This document shows, one piece after another, positions 9,660 to 20,467 of a DNA stretch of 64,000 nt. The notes under the pieces were generated by a model. The model searched no databases. It saw only the letters and a program-made list of their open reading frames with translations, and was not told where the DNA came from. The stretch comes from Nitrospirota bacterium (GTDB lineage: Bacteria; Nitrospirota; UBA9217), in the NCBI GenBank assembly GCA_963751455.1, contig CAVVUN010000015.1, positions 352,001-416,000 on the forward strand. Direction: 5' to 3'. Position 1 is the first letter of the stretch. Every line of letters begins with the position of its first letter. A program made the translations under genes and the position numbers.

Positions 9660-10328
9660 ATGGCTTTCATTGAACTGAAAAACGTGAGTAAAATATTCCA
9701 TGCGGGCGACGAAGATTATGCCGCCCTCAGGGCAATTTCGCTTAGCATCAACTCGGGTGAGTTTGTCGCGGTGATGGGGCCGTCCGGCTCGGGCAAAAGC
9801 ACACTGCTTTCTCTTATCGGGGGTCTAAGCAAAGCGTCCTCCGGCGTGGTTTCCATCGACGACATCGAGCTCAACAGTCTTGGTCCGAACAAGCTCTCCG
9901 ACTTCAGGCGGGAATATCTCGGGTTCGTGTTCCAGTCGTTCTATCTTGTGCCGTATCTGACCGCGCTCGAAAATGTAATGCTCCCGCTCACGATCCAGCC
10001 CGGCTTGAACGGAACGGCCAGAGCAAAGGCACTTGAGGCCCTGTCGCGCGTGGGTCTCGATGCCAAGGCAAAGCGCCTGCCGTCGCAGCTCTCGGGCGGC
10101 GAACAGGAGCGTGTGGCAATTTCACGCGCGATCGTCAACAGCCCGGCGCTTATTCTTGCGGACGAGCCTACGGGAAATCTGGACACGAAGACCGGGGAAA
10201 AGGTGCTCGAACTGCTGGAGGGGCTGCATGCGGAAGGCCGGACCATCGTAATGGTGACCCACAGCAGGGAGAACGCCGGACGGGCGGGAAGGACCATCGA
10301 GATCCGGGACGGTGTGGTTGTACAATAA
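9660..10328 (+). CDS. ABC transporter ATP-binding protein (LolD/MacB-like)
   Basis: GPSGSGKST, LSGGEQ, ILADEPTGNLD; RBS GGAG before ATG 9660. Confidence 0.92.
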   Translation: MAFIELKNVSKIFHAGDEDYAALRAISLSINSGEFVAVMGPSGSGKSTLLSLIGGLSKASSGVVSIDDIELNSLGPNKLSDFRREYLGFVFQSFYLVPYLTALENVMLPLTIQPGLNGTARAKALEALSRVGLDAKAKRLPSQLSGGEQERVAISRAIVNSPALILADEPTGNLDTKTGEKVLELLEGLHAEGRTIVMVTHSRENAGRAGRTIEIRDGVVVQ

Positions 10329-10422
10329 GTGTTGCAGGATGGTTCAATTGCAGATTGCACCCTGCACTCGCGGGTCCACTCGTAACAACTGGGTGCAGGC
10401 GGATTTCGGATTGCCGAATTCT

Positions 10423-11070
10423 TTAAAATTCAAACAGGAACCCTGCGAGCCAGCTTGTGCCGCCCAGCTCCACGGTGCCTGACGGCAGGGCGTCCGCAGC
10501 TGCCTTGATGCGCTCGGCTTCAATAAAAAGGTAAGTATGCTCTACTCCCCAGTCGAGATAGAAACTGGTTGCGGCGCTGGGGTCGATCTTGTCCAAGAGG
10601 AGTTGAAGGCCGGCCCGAGCATGGGTCCCGTCGGCTGAACCTCGGGTGACTCCCTGGTCCTGGATTTCTTGTTTATAGAACATTCTCGTCCAACCGCCTC
10701 CCACATACGGCACGAGCCATTGCCCTTCAGTGAATACGGCACGGATAAGAACAAATGCATTCAGCGGTGCAACTTCATGCGTGACATTCCCAGTAATTAC
10801 TCCATGGAGCGGGGCAAAGCCTTGCCCGCTGTCGCGGCTGAATGAACCTTCGACCCCGATCTCGAGTTGCCGTATGATCTTGTAACCGAGCGAGGCGCCG
10901 TAAATGCCGCTATATCTCTCTCCGTAGTATTTAGACCAATTCTCAATCTCCGGTATAAACCGGCCACCCTTAATTTCCAGCGACCAGTATGGCCGGGTCG
11001 TGACCTCCTCGGCCGCAAACGATGTACAAGGCAAGATTACAAGGAACATCATCAAAAACAATTTTTTCAA
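10423..11070 (-). CDS. Outer-membrane beta-barrel, MXAN_2562-like
   Basis: Signal peptide, alternating strands, [18 protein letters not shown], terminal FEF. Confidence 0.7.
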   Translation of the reverse strand: MKKLFLMMFLVILPCTSFAAEEVTTRPYWSLEIKGGRFIPEIENWSKYYGERYSGIYGASLGYKIIRQLEIGVEGSFSRDSGQGFAPLHGVITGNVTHEVAPLNAFVLIRAVFTEGQWLVPYVGGGWTRMFYKQEIQDQGVTRGSADGTHARAGLQLLLDKIDPSAATSFYLDWGVEHTYLFIEAERIKAAADALPSGTVELGGTSWLAGFLFEF

Positions 11071-12902
11071 CTCACGCCCCCGCTCCGGAAAAAGTATCTG
11101 CTGAACAGAAAATACATGAACAAGAGCCCTATGACTAGTATAACAATCATTTTTGCCTGTAAGGACGTGTGTACCATTAAAAACGCTCCGGCCACCAGGG
11201 GCATCAGCGCAATTTGCATCATTGGCCGCGACCAGGGATGATCGTTTATGAATTGAGCTCCCCTAGGCCCATGGCGATAGTACCATCCCACGAACATTCT
11301 TCCAGGCCCGTTCGTCAGGAGATAACGGTCCCTGAACTGCCGCAACGCTTGAACCTGGGGGGCCGAATAATAGCCGTATGCTGCAGTTGCGATGAAACAG
11401 CCATTATTCGCAAGTTGGGGATAGGGAGCTATGGCTTCGGGGAAATCGCTTACTGTGCCGGGGCTTCCGTACACTCTATCTTCCAGAGATGCCGAGGCTT
11501 CATTAGAGAAAGCTTGACTGATAAACGATTTATTAAAGCTGTAATAAGGTTTGACAGCAAAATAATAGGTCGACTGAGTATATGGAGTTACGATGAAATG
11601 ATAGCTAGTTCCATTAGCAAGACCATCTATGAACCGGGACGTGGAATTGCCGACGTCGATGTTGACCGTGCTAGATGGCGGTGTTGTCGGAGGTGCCGTT
11701 ACCGGCAAACTAGTATCATACCGAATCTCAAATCCGGTGATGCTGCCAGTCACCCGGCTTGTGAGATCCGTTGCCCAGTCAAGAGTGAGCGCTCCATTAG
11801 AAACAGTGGATGAAACCGCAGGACTGCCCGTCGGAGCTGATGACACTGATGAAACCAAGTTTGGTATGGTATGCGTTGCGGCGGTACTCATGGTGTCTAT
11901 GGGAGTGCCATATTGACCGGATACGGTTCCAAAATAGACAAAATATCCGCCTACCATGTAGGATGTGTTTGGAGACCAGGTTACGGTAACGGAAGCTGGT
12001 GATGAGCCAGTCACTGAAGTTACGACTAAGCCGGATACTGGGAAGGGAATTTTATCCGCTTCTCCTCCGCCGTAGGCGCCAATGTCTGCGGCAGTAGCAT
12101 CTATACTGTCGGTTCCGTCACCTTTGTCTTTAGCCGGCGATCCGCTTTTTAAGTGGAAGTCTCTGGCAGTTGGATTAACGAATAAAGGGTCACTATTTAC
12201 AATGTTTCCTTTATATGCAGGATCAGTTAAGTTCTCTATAACGGCAGGGCCAATAGTGCCTCCAAAGAAAAGATTATTCTTTATAGCATTCAGATCCATG
12301 GTGCTCGGAGTTATAGCAGTACCGCCGCTGTTCTGATAAAAGATATTATTTGTAATGTTTATAGCGGTTGTATCCGAAACAATTCCATTGAGATTCCCAT
12401 AAAAAGTATTATTGGTGATTTCTGTTGAGGGTGAACCAGTGGTCTCAACTCCCGAACTGCTCTCACCAGCCTGAAAAACGTTATTGCTAATGGTTACAGA
12501 GGAAGAAGTGTTACGCACTAAAATTCCAGCGCCTGTCGCTGATGCCTGTATAAAAGTAAGTCTCCGTATGTCCATCGCTGTTGTAATGTTTTCTACTGTC
12601 AGGATTGTTCCTGTCCCACCACCGTCCAGAAAAGTTCTGGCAGTCTCGATACCACGTATTGAAACACTTTTATTTAAAGTGACATTGCCTGTGGCGTAAG
12701 TACCCGGCCCTATTTCTAAGGAATCTCCCGCAACTGCATTGGTTATTGCTTCAGAAAAACTGGTATAGCAGGGTGGTGTGGGTATGCCGGCGGGGCATTC
12801 ACCTGTGTTGCTGACAAGGTGCCTTACTTCTGCTATTGATGCTTTCAAACCGGCAAGGACCATGATTCCTGCAACAGAAATAATAATGAGAAAATTCTTC
12901 AT
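11067..12902 (-). CDS. Surface protein: beta-helix (pectin-lyase-like) + FN3 + CFI-box-CTERM
   Basis: Signal peptide; NNTFYGN repeats, [21 protein letters not shown]; [10 protein letters not shown]...LRQFRDRYL...FVGWYY followed by TM segment. Confidence 0.8.
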   Translation of the reverse strand: MKNFLIIISVAGIMVLAGLKASIAEVRHLVSNTGECPAGIPTPPCYTSFSEAITNAVAGDSLEIGPGTYATGNVTLNKSVSIRGIETARTFLDGGGTGTILTVENITTAMDIRRLTFIQASATGAGILVRNTSSSVTISNNVFQAGESSSGVETTGSPSTEITNNTFYGNLNGIVSDTTAINITNNIFYQNSGGTAITPSTMDLNAIKNNLFFGGTIGPAVIENLTDPAYKGNIVNSDPLFVNPTARDFHLKSGSPAKDKGDGTDSIDATAADIGAYGGGEADKIPFPVSGLVVTSVTGSSPASVTVTWSPNTSYMVGGYFVYFGTVSGQYGTPIDTMSTAATHTIPNLVSSVSSAPTGSPAVSSTVSNGALTLDWATDLTSRVTGSITGFEIRYDTSLPVTAPPTTPPSSTVNIDVGNSTSRFIDGLANGTSYHFIVTPYTQSTYYFAVKPYYSFNKSFISQAFSNEASASLEDRVYGSPGTVSDFPEAIAPYPQLANNGCFIATAAYGYYSAPQVQALRQFRDRYLLTNGPGRMFVGWYYRHGPRGAQFINDHPWSRPMMQIALMPLVAGAFLMVHTSLQAKMIVILVIGLLFMYFLFSRYFFRSGGVS

Positions 12903-12932
12903 TCGCTTTTGAGCCTCTCCTAGTGATGAAAA

Positions 12933-12961
12933 ACTTTATCAGAATGTAAAGCGAATGTCAA
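12933..12961 (-). promoter_or_regulatory. Sigma70 promoter candidate for the CFI-box operon
   Basis: TTGACA-N17-TAAAGT on minus strand. Confidence 0.5.
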
Positions 12962-13055
12962 AACAGATTATTGAACGAAAAAGTATTGTTGAGTTTGGTT
13001 TTTTTATGTTATAATTGTACAGCTTTAGACTTAGAATGCAGTTGGAGGAATTTCC

Positions 13056-16000
13056 ATGCCACCGGTTTTTCAATCAGCCTTTCTCGTATTTTTTCTCATC
13101 CTTTTCGTACCAATACAGTCCTTCGGGTACCTGCAAATAGAATTTCTGCGCGAAATCAGCGATGTCGGTAAAAAAGCAGCTCAGCGCCGGCTCAATGAAC
13201 CCCGCGCAATAGCCTTGGACGCAGCAGGTAAAATGTACATTGCCGATACGGCCGCAAACAGGGTCATCGTGCTCGAGCAGGACGGCACGATGCTGCGGAC
13301 ATGGGGTACAAAAGGAGATAAACCGGGACAGTTCAGGTCTCCGTCCGGTATCGCGGTCGACGAGGATGCGTACATATATGTATCCGACACAAAGAACCAT
13401 CGCATCCAGGTTTTTAACGCCGGCGGCGCCTTTGTCCGCAACTTCGGTCAAAAAGGGGATGGCGATCGTGAATTCAGCAGCCCGGCAGGCATAGCGGTTC
13501 GGCGGGGACTTCTGTACGTGGCCGATACAGGGAACAACCGGGTCCAGATTCTGACAACCGATGGAATTTTCGTGAGGGAAATTACCGTGAGCGGGGAAAA
13601 GGATGCCATGAACGCCCCAACGGCTGTCGCAATCGATACGCAGAACAGAATCTACGTACTCGATACGGACAATAACAAGATCAGAATATTCGACTCCAAC
13701 GGTGCGCAGCTTCTCCAGTTCGGGTCGGGTGGGAGAGGCGCCGAGGGATTCGATTCTCCCCTCGGAATGGCAGTGGACGGTTACGGCGCGGTCTATGTTT
13801 CGGATACCGGAAATTATAAATTGAAAAAATTCGATCAGCACGGCAAGCTGGTCGCGTCAGCGGGCTCCGAAGGCGATGGACCGGGCCGCTTCCGTCAGTT
13901 GTTCGGATTGGCCGTGGACGCCGAGAACAAGCTCTATGTGCTCGATGCCGGGAGAAATGCTCTGCAGGTATTCTCCTGCGAGTGCGAAGGCCAGCCGCTG
14001 CAGCCCGCATCCCCGCCTGCCTCACTGTCCCTGAATAAGGAGGTCCGCGGCGAAGTGAACGGCATCGCCTTCGATAAGCGGGCATGGGCCCTTGTAAACG
14101 ATACAATCTCCGCTGTCGGCGTTTACGGCGGCCGAACTATCGGCTCGCGCGGAAGCGAGCCCGGTCTTTTAAAAAATCCACGCGGCCTGGCCTTTGACGA
14201 TTCCGGCAGATTCTGGGTCGCGGACACCGGCAACGACCGTCTGCAGAAGTTCAGCATCGAAGGGAACCTTCTCCAGGTGATCGGAAGGTCCGGGTCGGGC
14301 GAAGGGGAATTCCGCTCTCCTTCTTCCGTAGCAATCAGCACGAAAGGAAACATTTTCGTGGCGGATACCGGAAATAAACGGGTGCAGGTCTTCAGCGGTA
14401 AAGGCATGTTTCTCGGGGCCTTCGGCAAGTCGGGTAAAACTTCACAGCTCCAGGAGCCCGTGGATTTAGCGGTTACCGGTGATGAAAACGTGTATGTCGT
14501 GGACCGAGCGACCGACAGGGTCGCCAAATATGACGGCAACGGCACGCTTGTCTGGGAAATCAAAAAGACCGGCAAACTTGAAGGTGAATTCAACGGCCCG
14601 ACGAACATTTCGGTGTCGCCTGAAGGCGAGCTCTATGTGCTTGACGCGGGCAATTCCCGCATACAGGTTTTTGATACGAACGGTCAATTCCTGCGTAAAT
14701 TCGGGAGCGAGGGAGAAGGTCCCGGGCAGTTCAAAGAGCCGCAGGGACTCGCCCTTGACGGAGGGCTCAGGCTTTATGTAGGAGACCGGGGCAATAGCAG
14801 GGTCCAGATTTTTACGCTGCGGCAGACACCCGCGATGCCGAAGGAAGTGACCGCCCAGTCCAGATCCAATGAGGTGCAACTGAACTGGAAGGGAAACGGC
14901 GAAAGCTATCTCGAGCAGTACACCGTCTACCGCAGTGATGCGGCAACCGGGCCGTTCAAGGTTGTCGGGACTGCAGCCGAGCCATTCTTTGTAGACAAAG
15001 GACTGGCGAGTAACCGTGCATTTTATTACGCGATCAGCAGCAAGGCGAAAGAGGGTAACGAAAGCGTCCCGTCTCCGGTGCTTTCTGCCGTGACGCCGAA
15101 ACTTATCCCATCCGTTCCAAAGAAGGTCAAGATAGAGGCGCTCGAAAAACAGATCACGCTTTCCTGGCTTCCTAATCTCGAGCCGTTCATGAACCATTAC
15201 GCTGTGTATCGTTCGAAGCAACCTTCCTCCGGCTTCGAGCTGCTTGGCAAGGCAGACAGGACCGTGTACGTTGACACAGGGCTTGCCGACGAAACCTTCT
15301 ATTATTATCAAATAACGGCCGTCGGCAAGGAAGGCGATGAAAGCCCGACGAGCGAGGTTGTTTTTATTTCTACGCCGAAGGGTTCTCTGTCGCTTCCGCC
15401 CATTGAAATCAGCAAAGTCGAGATGGGGCAGCTCTTCTCCTCGGCTTATAAATATTACGAATCACATCCGCTGGGCAAGGTCATCATCTCCAACAATACG
15501 GATATCGCCTATCCGAAGGTTAAGCTCAGCTTCTCGATAAAAGATTTCATGGACTTTCCGACCGAGCTCGAGATAGAGAACCTTCCGGCGAAGCAGCAGC
15601 GGGAACTGTTGCTCAAGCCGGTATTCAACAACAAGATCCTTGAGGTGACCGAAAATACGCCGCTGCAGAGCGAGATCGCGATCACCTTCTACGCCGGAGG
15701 CGAGCCCAAGACGGTTGCGCGCACCTTTCCTGTAATGCTCTACGAACGTCACGCAATGGTTTGGGACGTGAAGGCGAAGCTCGGCGCATTTGTAACGGCG
15801 AAGGACACGCCGGTCGTGGACTTCAGCAGGTCGGCCATCCGGCCCTATGTCGATGCCTATCCCAATCTTCACCAATCCATAATTTACGCCCGCGTGGTAT
15901 TTGACGCCCTCGGCGTGCTCGGACTGAAATATATCATCGATCCGTCCAGTCCGTTCCAGGACTTTTCCGAGAACAGCGCCGTGGTCGACTACGTCCAGTA

Positions 16001-16853
16001 CCCGCGCGACACGCTTACAAGGAAGAGCGGGGACTGCGACGACCTCTCGATCCTGTTTGCCGCATGCATGGAGAATATCGGAATTGAAACGGCGTTCATT
16101 GACGTCCCCGGTCATGTATTCATCATGTTTAATACGGGCATTTCCGAGAACGAGAAGGCGACGCTCGGCTTCCCCGACAAGCTCGTGTCATACCAGGGCA
16201 CTGCATGGGTTCCCGTGGAGATGACGATGGTCGGCTCGTCATTTACCCGGGCATGGCAGAAAGCCGCCGAAGAATACCGGGAATGGTCCGCCAAGGGCAA
16301 GGCGGACATCGTCAGTACCGAAAAGGCCTGGGAACTTTTCAAGCCCGCCACACTGCCGCATACCGAGCAAAGATCGCCCAAGGTCTCCAAAGAAGAGATC
16401 GAAGCTAAATTCAAGGACGAGCTCGAATCACTCGGACGGCAGCGGCTTGCCAATCTTTCAACGGAATATCTGGATGCGTTGAAGAAAAAGCCCAACGACA
16501 CGAACGCCATGGACCAGCTCGGAATTCTCTACGGCGAAAACGGGCTTCTTGCAGAAGCGCTCGAGCAATTTCAAAAGATCCTGGCAGTGGACAAGAACAA
16601 CGCGCAGGCCCTCAACAATATCGGGAATATAAACTTTTTGCAGGAACGGCTGGAAGACGCAAAACTCGCGTATGAAGGTTCGCTGAAAGCGTCCCCGGAC
16701 GATACCGGCGTCATGGTAAACCTGGCACGGGTGCTGCTGAGGATGGGCAAGAAGAGTGAATCTAAAACGCTGTTCGAGAACGCAATTTCGGCAGACCCCC
16801 GTATTATCAGGCAGCATGGGGATATGTCGACTGCGCTGGGGATTGCCAAGTAA
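13056..16853 (+). CDS. Exported NHL-repeat / FN3 / transglutaminase-like / TPR protein
   Basis: Many NHL repeats (P.GIAVD..IYVADTGNNRVQ), two FN3 domains, GDCDDLS + VPGHVF + VPVE catalytic-type motifs, C-terminal TPRs. Confidence 0.85.
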   Translation: MPPVFQSAFLVFFLILFVPIQSFGYLQIEFLREISDVGKKAAQRRLNEPRAIALDAAGKMYIADTAANRVIVLEQDGTMLRTWGTKGDKPGQFRSPSGIAVDEDAYIYVSDTKNHRIQVFNAGGAFVRNFGQKGDGDREFSSPAGIAVRRGLLYVADTGNNRVQILTTDGIFVREITVSGEKDAMNAPTAVAIDTQNRIYVLDTDNNKIRIFDSNGAQLLQFGSGGRGAEGFDSPLGMAVDGYGAVYVSDTGNYKLKKFDQHGKLVASAGSEGDGPGRFRQLFGLAVDAENKLYVLDAGRNALQVFSCECEGQPLQPASPPASLSLNKEVRGEVNGIAFDKRAWALVNDTISAVGVYGGRTIGSRGSEPGLLKNPRGLAFDDSGRFWVADTGNDRLQKFSIEGNLLQVIGRSGSGEGEFRSPSSVAISTKGNIFVADTGNKRVQVFSGKGMFLGAFGKSGKTSQLQEPVDLAVTGDENVYVVDRATDRVAKYDGNGTLVWEIKKTGKLEGEFNGPTNISVSPEGELYVLDAGNSRIQVFDTNGQFLRKFGSEGEGPGQFKEPQGLALDGGLRLYVGDRGNSRVQIFTLRQTPAMPKEVTAQSRSNEVQLNWKGNGESYLEQYTVYRSDAATGPFKVVGTAAEPFFVDKGLASNRAFYYAISSKAKEGNESVPSPVLSAVTPKLIPSVPKKVKIEALEKQITLSWLPNLEPFMNHYAVYRSKQPSSGFELLGKADRTVYVDTGLADETFYYYQITAVGKEGDESPTSEVVFISTPKGSLSLPPIEISKVEMGQLFSSAYKYYESHPLGKVIISNNTDIAYPKVKLSFSIKDFMDFPTELEIENLPAKQQRELLLKPVFNNKILEVTENTPLQSEIAITFYAGGEPKTVARTFPVMLYERHAMVWDVKAKLGAFVTAKDTPVVDFSRSAIRPYVDAYPNLHQSIIYARVVFDALGVLGLKYIIDPSSPFQDFSENSAVVDYVQYPRDTLTRKSGDCDDLSILFAACMENIGIETAFIDVPGHVFIMFNTGISENEKATLGFPDKLVSYQGTAWVPVEMTMVGSSFTRAWQKAAEEYREWSAKGKADIVSTEKAWELFKPATLPHTEQRSPKVSKEEIEAKFKDELESLGRQRLANLSTEYLDALKKKPNDTNAMDQLGILYGENGLLAEALEQFQKILAVDKNNAQALNNIGNINFLQERLEDAKLAYEGSLKASPDDTGVMVNLARVLLRMGKKSESKTLFENAISADPRIIRQHGDMSTALGIAK

Positions 16854-16941
16854 GCCCTGTTCGCGGCATTCTCTAACTATGCTGCAGTAGGGACGGGATT
16901 TTTCAGCATCTTGAATCATGTACCTGGTATGGGAGGTTGTC

Positions 16942-17431
16942 ATGAAAAAATATCGTTTTTTACAGTGATGATGATGGTATGTTTAGCGCTGCCGTGGCCG
17001 GGGAGACCGACAAAAAACCGGCGTCCGGGATGACGGAATGGCTCAAAGGACTACAGAAAAAGATCGGGCAGATTGTCCCTAAAAAGACAGTTCCAGTGAC
17101 AACGAGCGTGGCCGGTGTTCGGGGCGCCAAGGAAGACACGCAGGTTAAGCTGTACTGGAAGGGGAAAAAAAGCGAAGAACTCGTGACCGAGCAGGAGATG
17201 GCTGAGTTCAAGAATGGTGTCGATCTTGCGGCTAACGGCGATACGGAGGCTTCGGTCAAGAAAATCGAGGAGTTCATGAAGCAGTATCCGGACAGCGCCA
17301 TGATTCCCGATGCCAAGAAGACGCTGGACCTCGTCAAGGCCGAGATAAAGCCGGAAGCGAAAGCGGATCTTATTAAAAAAGAGCAGGAAGAAAAGAAAGA
17401 AGAACCTAAAGATAAAGATGTAAAGAAATAG
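16942..17431 (+). CDS. Exported hypothetical protein with TPR-like helix pair (5' end frameshifted)
   Basis: RBS GGAGG + ATG 16942 is out of frame with ORF 16979..17431; FMKQYPDS motif. Confidence 0.55.
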
Positions 17432-17842
17432 CTGCGGCCGCAAATGGCCCGAGATACAAACGTCAAAATTTAGATGAAATTAAGCATTAACAGCGGGGGC
17501 ATATTTTGTACAGCGATTAAAGCTTTAAATATCGAATAGTTTTGGCAAATGTTCTGATTTTTCATGTTTCTACCGCAATTTTTACATGCACATCAGTTTG
17601 CAGCAATACCCTTAAAATACCCCATCGTAAACCTTGACTTTTTTTGATACTTATCTATGATTAACAATTGGCTTAACTGAGTTTGTTAAAGAATGCGCTC
17701 TATTGCAGAATTTATACTCCCGCCAGCCTTCAAGATTTACAGCAGGAGTCGACAACACACAAGTTAAAGCGAAAGGAGGTGAATTGGAGGCTCAAGGCTG
17801 ATTTATTTTTATCTACTTCAAAGACTAAAAAGGGAGGTTTCA

Positions 17843-20359
17843 ATGAAAAAAACAGGGTTTATTCTTTTGGCAGCAATAATCGCATTAACTCTTTCAATTC
17901 TCGGATGTGATAAAAAGACAACAAATTACTACGGGGGCGGCGCCGCAACAGGCGGAGATATGCCGATGGGAACCATTCAGGGCTATCTCATCGATTCCGT
18001 AACCCAGGACCCGATTGCCGGCGCTGTGATCGACATCGGTGTAGCCAAGACGACGACAGCCGCAGATGGTCAATACGTTATTGAAAACGTGCCCACCAAT
18101 CTCGAATCCATTATAACCACGCCGGTAGCGGCGGCCGGCACAGCAGGAAACCAGACCGTCACAACAACGTATACGGGATCATATTATATGACGATCGATC
18201 TCAGGAACGTGACGAGCCCGGTTGCTATGACGAGCACGGCGACCCCAAGATATCCGGATTTTTCATATGATACGGTAACCGCACAATACCAGATTATCAG
18301 CAATATCGATACGTCGGGGTCAGGTTCAATCGGATCGACGCCCCTTACCGTAACGCAGAAGGTCACCAATAAGATGCTGAGCGTAGGCAAGCTGGCCGCG
18401 AACATCGCAGGTGTGGTTGCCTATGGCTCATCTACACCCGGAGGTCTTGCCTTGCAGCCCGTGGGTTCAGGCTGGACCGTCAAGCTCGTATCTAACGGAT
18501 CGAGCGATTCGGAAGGATCGACCGGGGGGACTGGCGCGGCGAGCAATGTCGTTCAAACCGCCACAACCGGAGCCAATGGAGATTTTACATTTTCCAACAT
18601 TGAATCTCTCCAAAACTTCACGATTCAGGCATGGAATGCAAGCGGGACATATTCGAACGGGACGGGCGTAACCGTTTCTGCTCCGGCAGACGGTGAGACA
18701 AAGCAGCTTGCCGTTCAGACCAACGACGCGATCTTTGTGGTAGCGACCGATTCTCTGTCACCGGCCATCATTGCCGTCTCACCCGAAAACAATGCCGACA
18801 TTACTTCCACGGGCGGCGCTAACGTGGTATTTACGTTCAGTGAGCCGATCCTGCAGGATGCATATGCAACGGTATTAAGCAACAACGCTGCCTTCGGTAC
18901 GGCAAACGGCCTTTACAATGATGTGGCCGTCAACTTCAACGGCGTGAAGGCCGGCAATATCGCTCATACCCTGTCGTGGGATTCAACCAGGACCATTTTG
19001 ACTGTTGCCATCCCGACACTTGCCCCTTCCTCTAAATACACGGTGGATATTCACCTTGCAGCGCTCATGGATGACGCCGGAAAATGCGTGGATACGGACG
19101 CGGACAATACGTGCGACATTGCGCAGGCCGCTGATTCCGGAGCAAGAAATAATATCGTGAACTTCACGACCAATGGCGGAGCAACCGCGGCAGCTCCCAG
19201 TGTAGTTCTTACAGACAGCGCCAGCCTCGACCAGGCAGATACAACCAACTTCACCAATATACCGTGCCTCGACTGGCTGCCTGTTTCAGGAGCGAAGTTC
19301 TATAATGTGTACCGGACCAGGAACGAGGTTTGGGGTGCCACGGTCAATACGGGTGCGGCCCAGCTCATGACCGCCTCGGCAATCTCTGCTTCAGGCTGGT
19401 GTGATGCGGCGGTAACGTTCGTCGAGCATGACCAGGTGAAGCTCACTTATGATTACACGGTAAAATCAGTCAATTCAGAGGGTACCGAATCAGATGGCAG
19501 CACTGCAGTGAACGCCAAAGACGTCATAGGCGCGAACCTGGCAAATACCGGGTCTTTCGTCGGACAAATTAATGACAGCGACGATCAGATCACCATCTAT
19601 TTCAACGAGCAGCTGGATGAGGCAACCGCCGAGACGGCAGCTAATTATTCGCTGACGGGAATTTCGGGTACGGTTCCCACAATCGCTTCTGCGGTATATA
19701 ATGGCTGGGACGCAGTCAACAGTAGGTCGTCTGTTACGCTGACCCTTTCAGCGGACCTGAATCCGTCCAACATTACGAGGAGCTATATTTCTACTGGTGT
19801 TGATGGAATCCTCTCTACAACGGTCATTGCTAATGATGGCGCTTTGTTCCCAGCCGATAGCGGCGGGCTTTGCATTTCCCCTGTCGGCACAGGCGACACC
19901 TCGGGTACGGCGCTTACGACGGCCGTGGGAGGTGACGACGTAATATTCAAGCCTGCTGACGCCCCGACAGCCATGGCCAATTCGATCTATGCCGGGCCGG
20001 ATGGAGTATGCAATAGTACAGCAGCAGCAGCAGATACGCAAGTGGTTGCGGCGACCGCAAAACCAGCTGCGAATGCGCTAGGCATTACCGCGGCTACCTA
20101 CACAAATGGTGCCATAGACAATGCGGCTGCTGATTTCACACTCCAGACGGTGACTCTCAACGGCGTTGCTCTAACCGGCATTACGGGCACGCCCGACGAC
20201 GTTGTCGTTCGTACCGTTTTGGTAACGGTCAGCACGAACGTTCACGATGTCGCTGGCAACGCACTGAACACAGGCCGCGCAGCCGGTATAATCACGAACG
20301 GCGCTTCCACGACGGGCGCATTCACCAAGCTCAATACCGACGGAACCACGTTGCCGTAG
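17843..20359 (+). CDS. Large T/A/G-rich surface lipoprotein with carboxypeptidase-regulatory-like and Ig-like (Big) domains
   Basis: Lipobox ILGC; GYLIDSVTQDPIAGA..TAADGQY; VSPENNA..VVFTFSEPI; VHDVAGNAL. Confidence 0.8.
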   Translation: MKKTGFILLAAIIALTLSILGCDKKTTNYYGGGAATGGDMPMGTIQGYLIDSVTQDPIAGAVIDIGVAKTTTAADGQYVIENVPTNLESIITTPVAAAGTAGNQTVTTTYTGSYYMTIDLRNVTSPVAMTSTATPRYPDFSYDTVTAQYQIISNIDTSGSGSIGSTPLTVTQKVTNKMLSVGKLAANIAGVVAYGSSTPGGLALQPVGSGWTVKLVSNGSSDSEGSTGGTGAASNVVQTATTGANGDFTFSNIESLQNFTIQAWNASGTYSNGTGVTVSAPADGETKQLAVQTNDAIFVVATDSLSPAIIAVSPENNADITSTGGANVVFTFSEPILQDAYATVLSNNAAFGTANGLYNDVAVNFNGVKAGNIAHTLSWDSTRTILTVAIPTLAPSSKYTVDIHLAALMDDAGKCVDTDADNTCDIAQAADSGARNNIVNFTTNGGATAAAPSVVLTDSASLDQADTTNFTNIPCLDWLPVSGAKFYNVYRTRNEVWGATVNTGAAQLMTASAISASGWCDAAVTFVEHDQVKLTYDYTVKSVNSEGTESDGSTAVNAKDVIGANLANTGSFVGQINDSDDQITIYFNEQLDEATAETAANYSLTGISGTVPTIASAVYNGWDAVNSRSSVTLTLSADLNPSNITRSYISTGVDGILSTTVIANDGALFPADSGGLCISPVGTGDTSGTALTTAVGGDDVIFKPADAPTAMANSIYAGPDGVCNSTAAAADTQVVAATAKPAANALGITAATYTNGAIDNAAADFTLQTVTLNGVALTGITGTPDDVVVRTVLVTVSTNVHDVAGNALNTGRAAGIITNGASTTGAFTKLNTDGTTLP

Positions 20360-20387
20360 GATAACATTCAAATAGTTTCCGCAAGAT

Positions 20388-20424
20388 ACAGGCAGGGGGC
20401 CCCTTCCCCTGCCTGTTTTTTTTT
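20388..20424 (+). terminator. Rho-independent terminator
   Basis: ACAGGCAGGGG...CCCCTGCCTGT + T-run. Confidence 0.8.
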
Positions 20425-20467
20425 GATACAATGGCTTAGCTCGGAGGCGGTCATAGGGATGTTGTTT

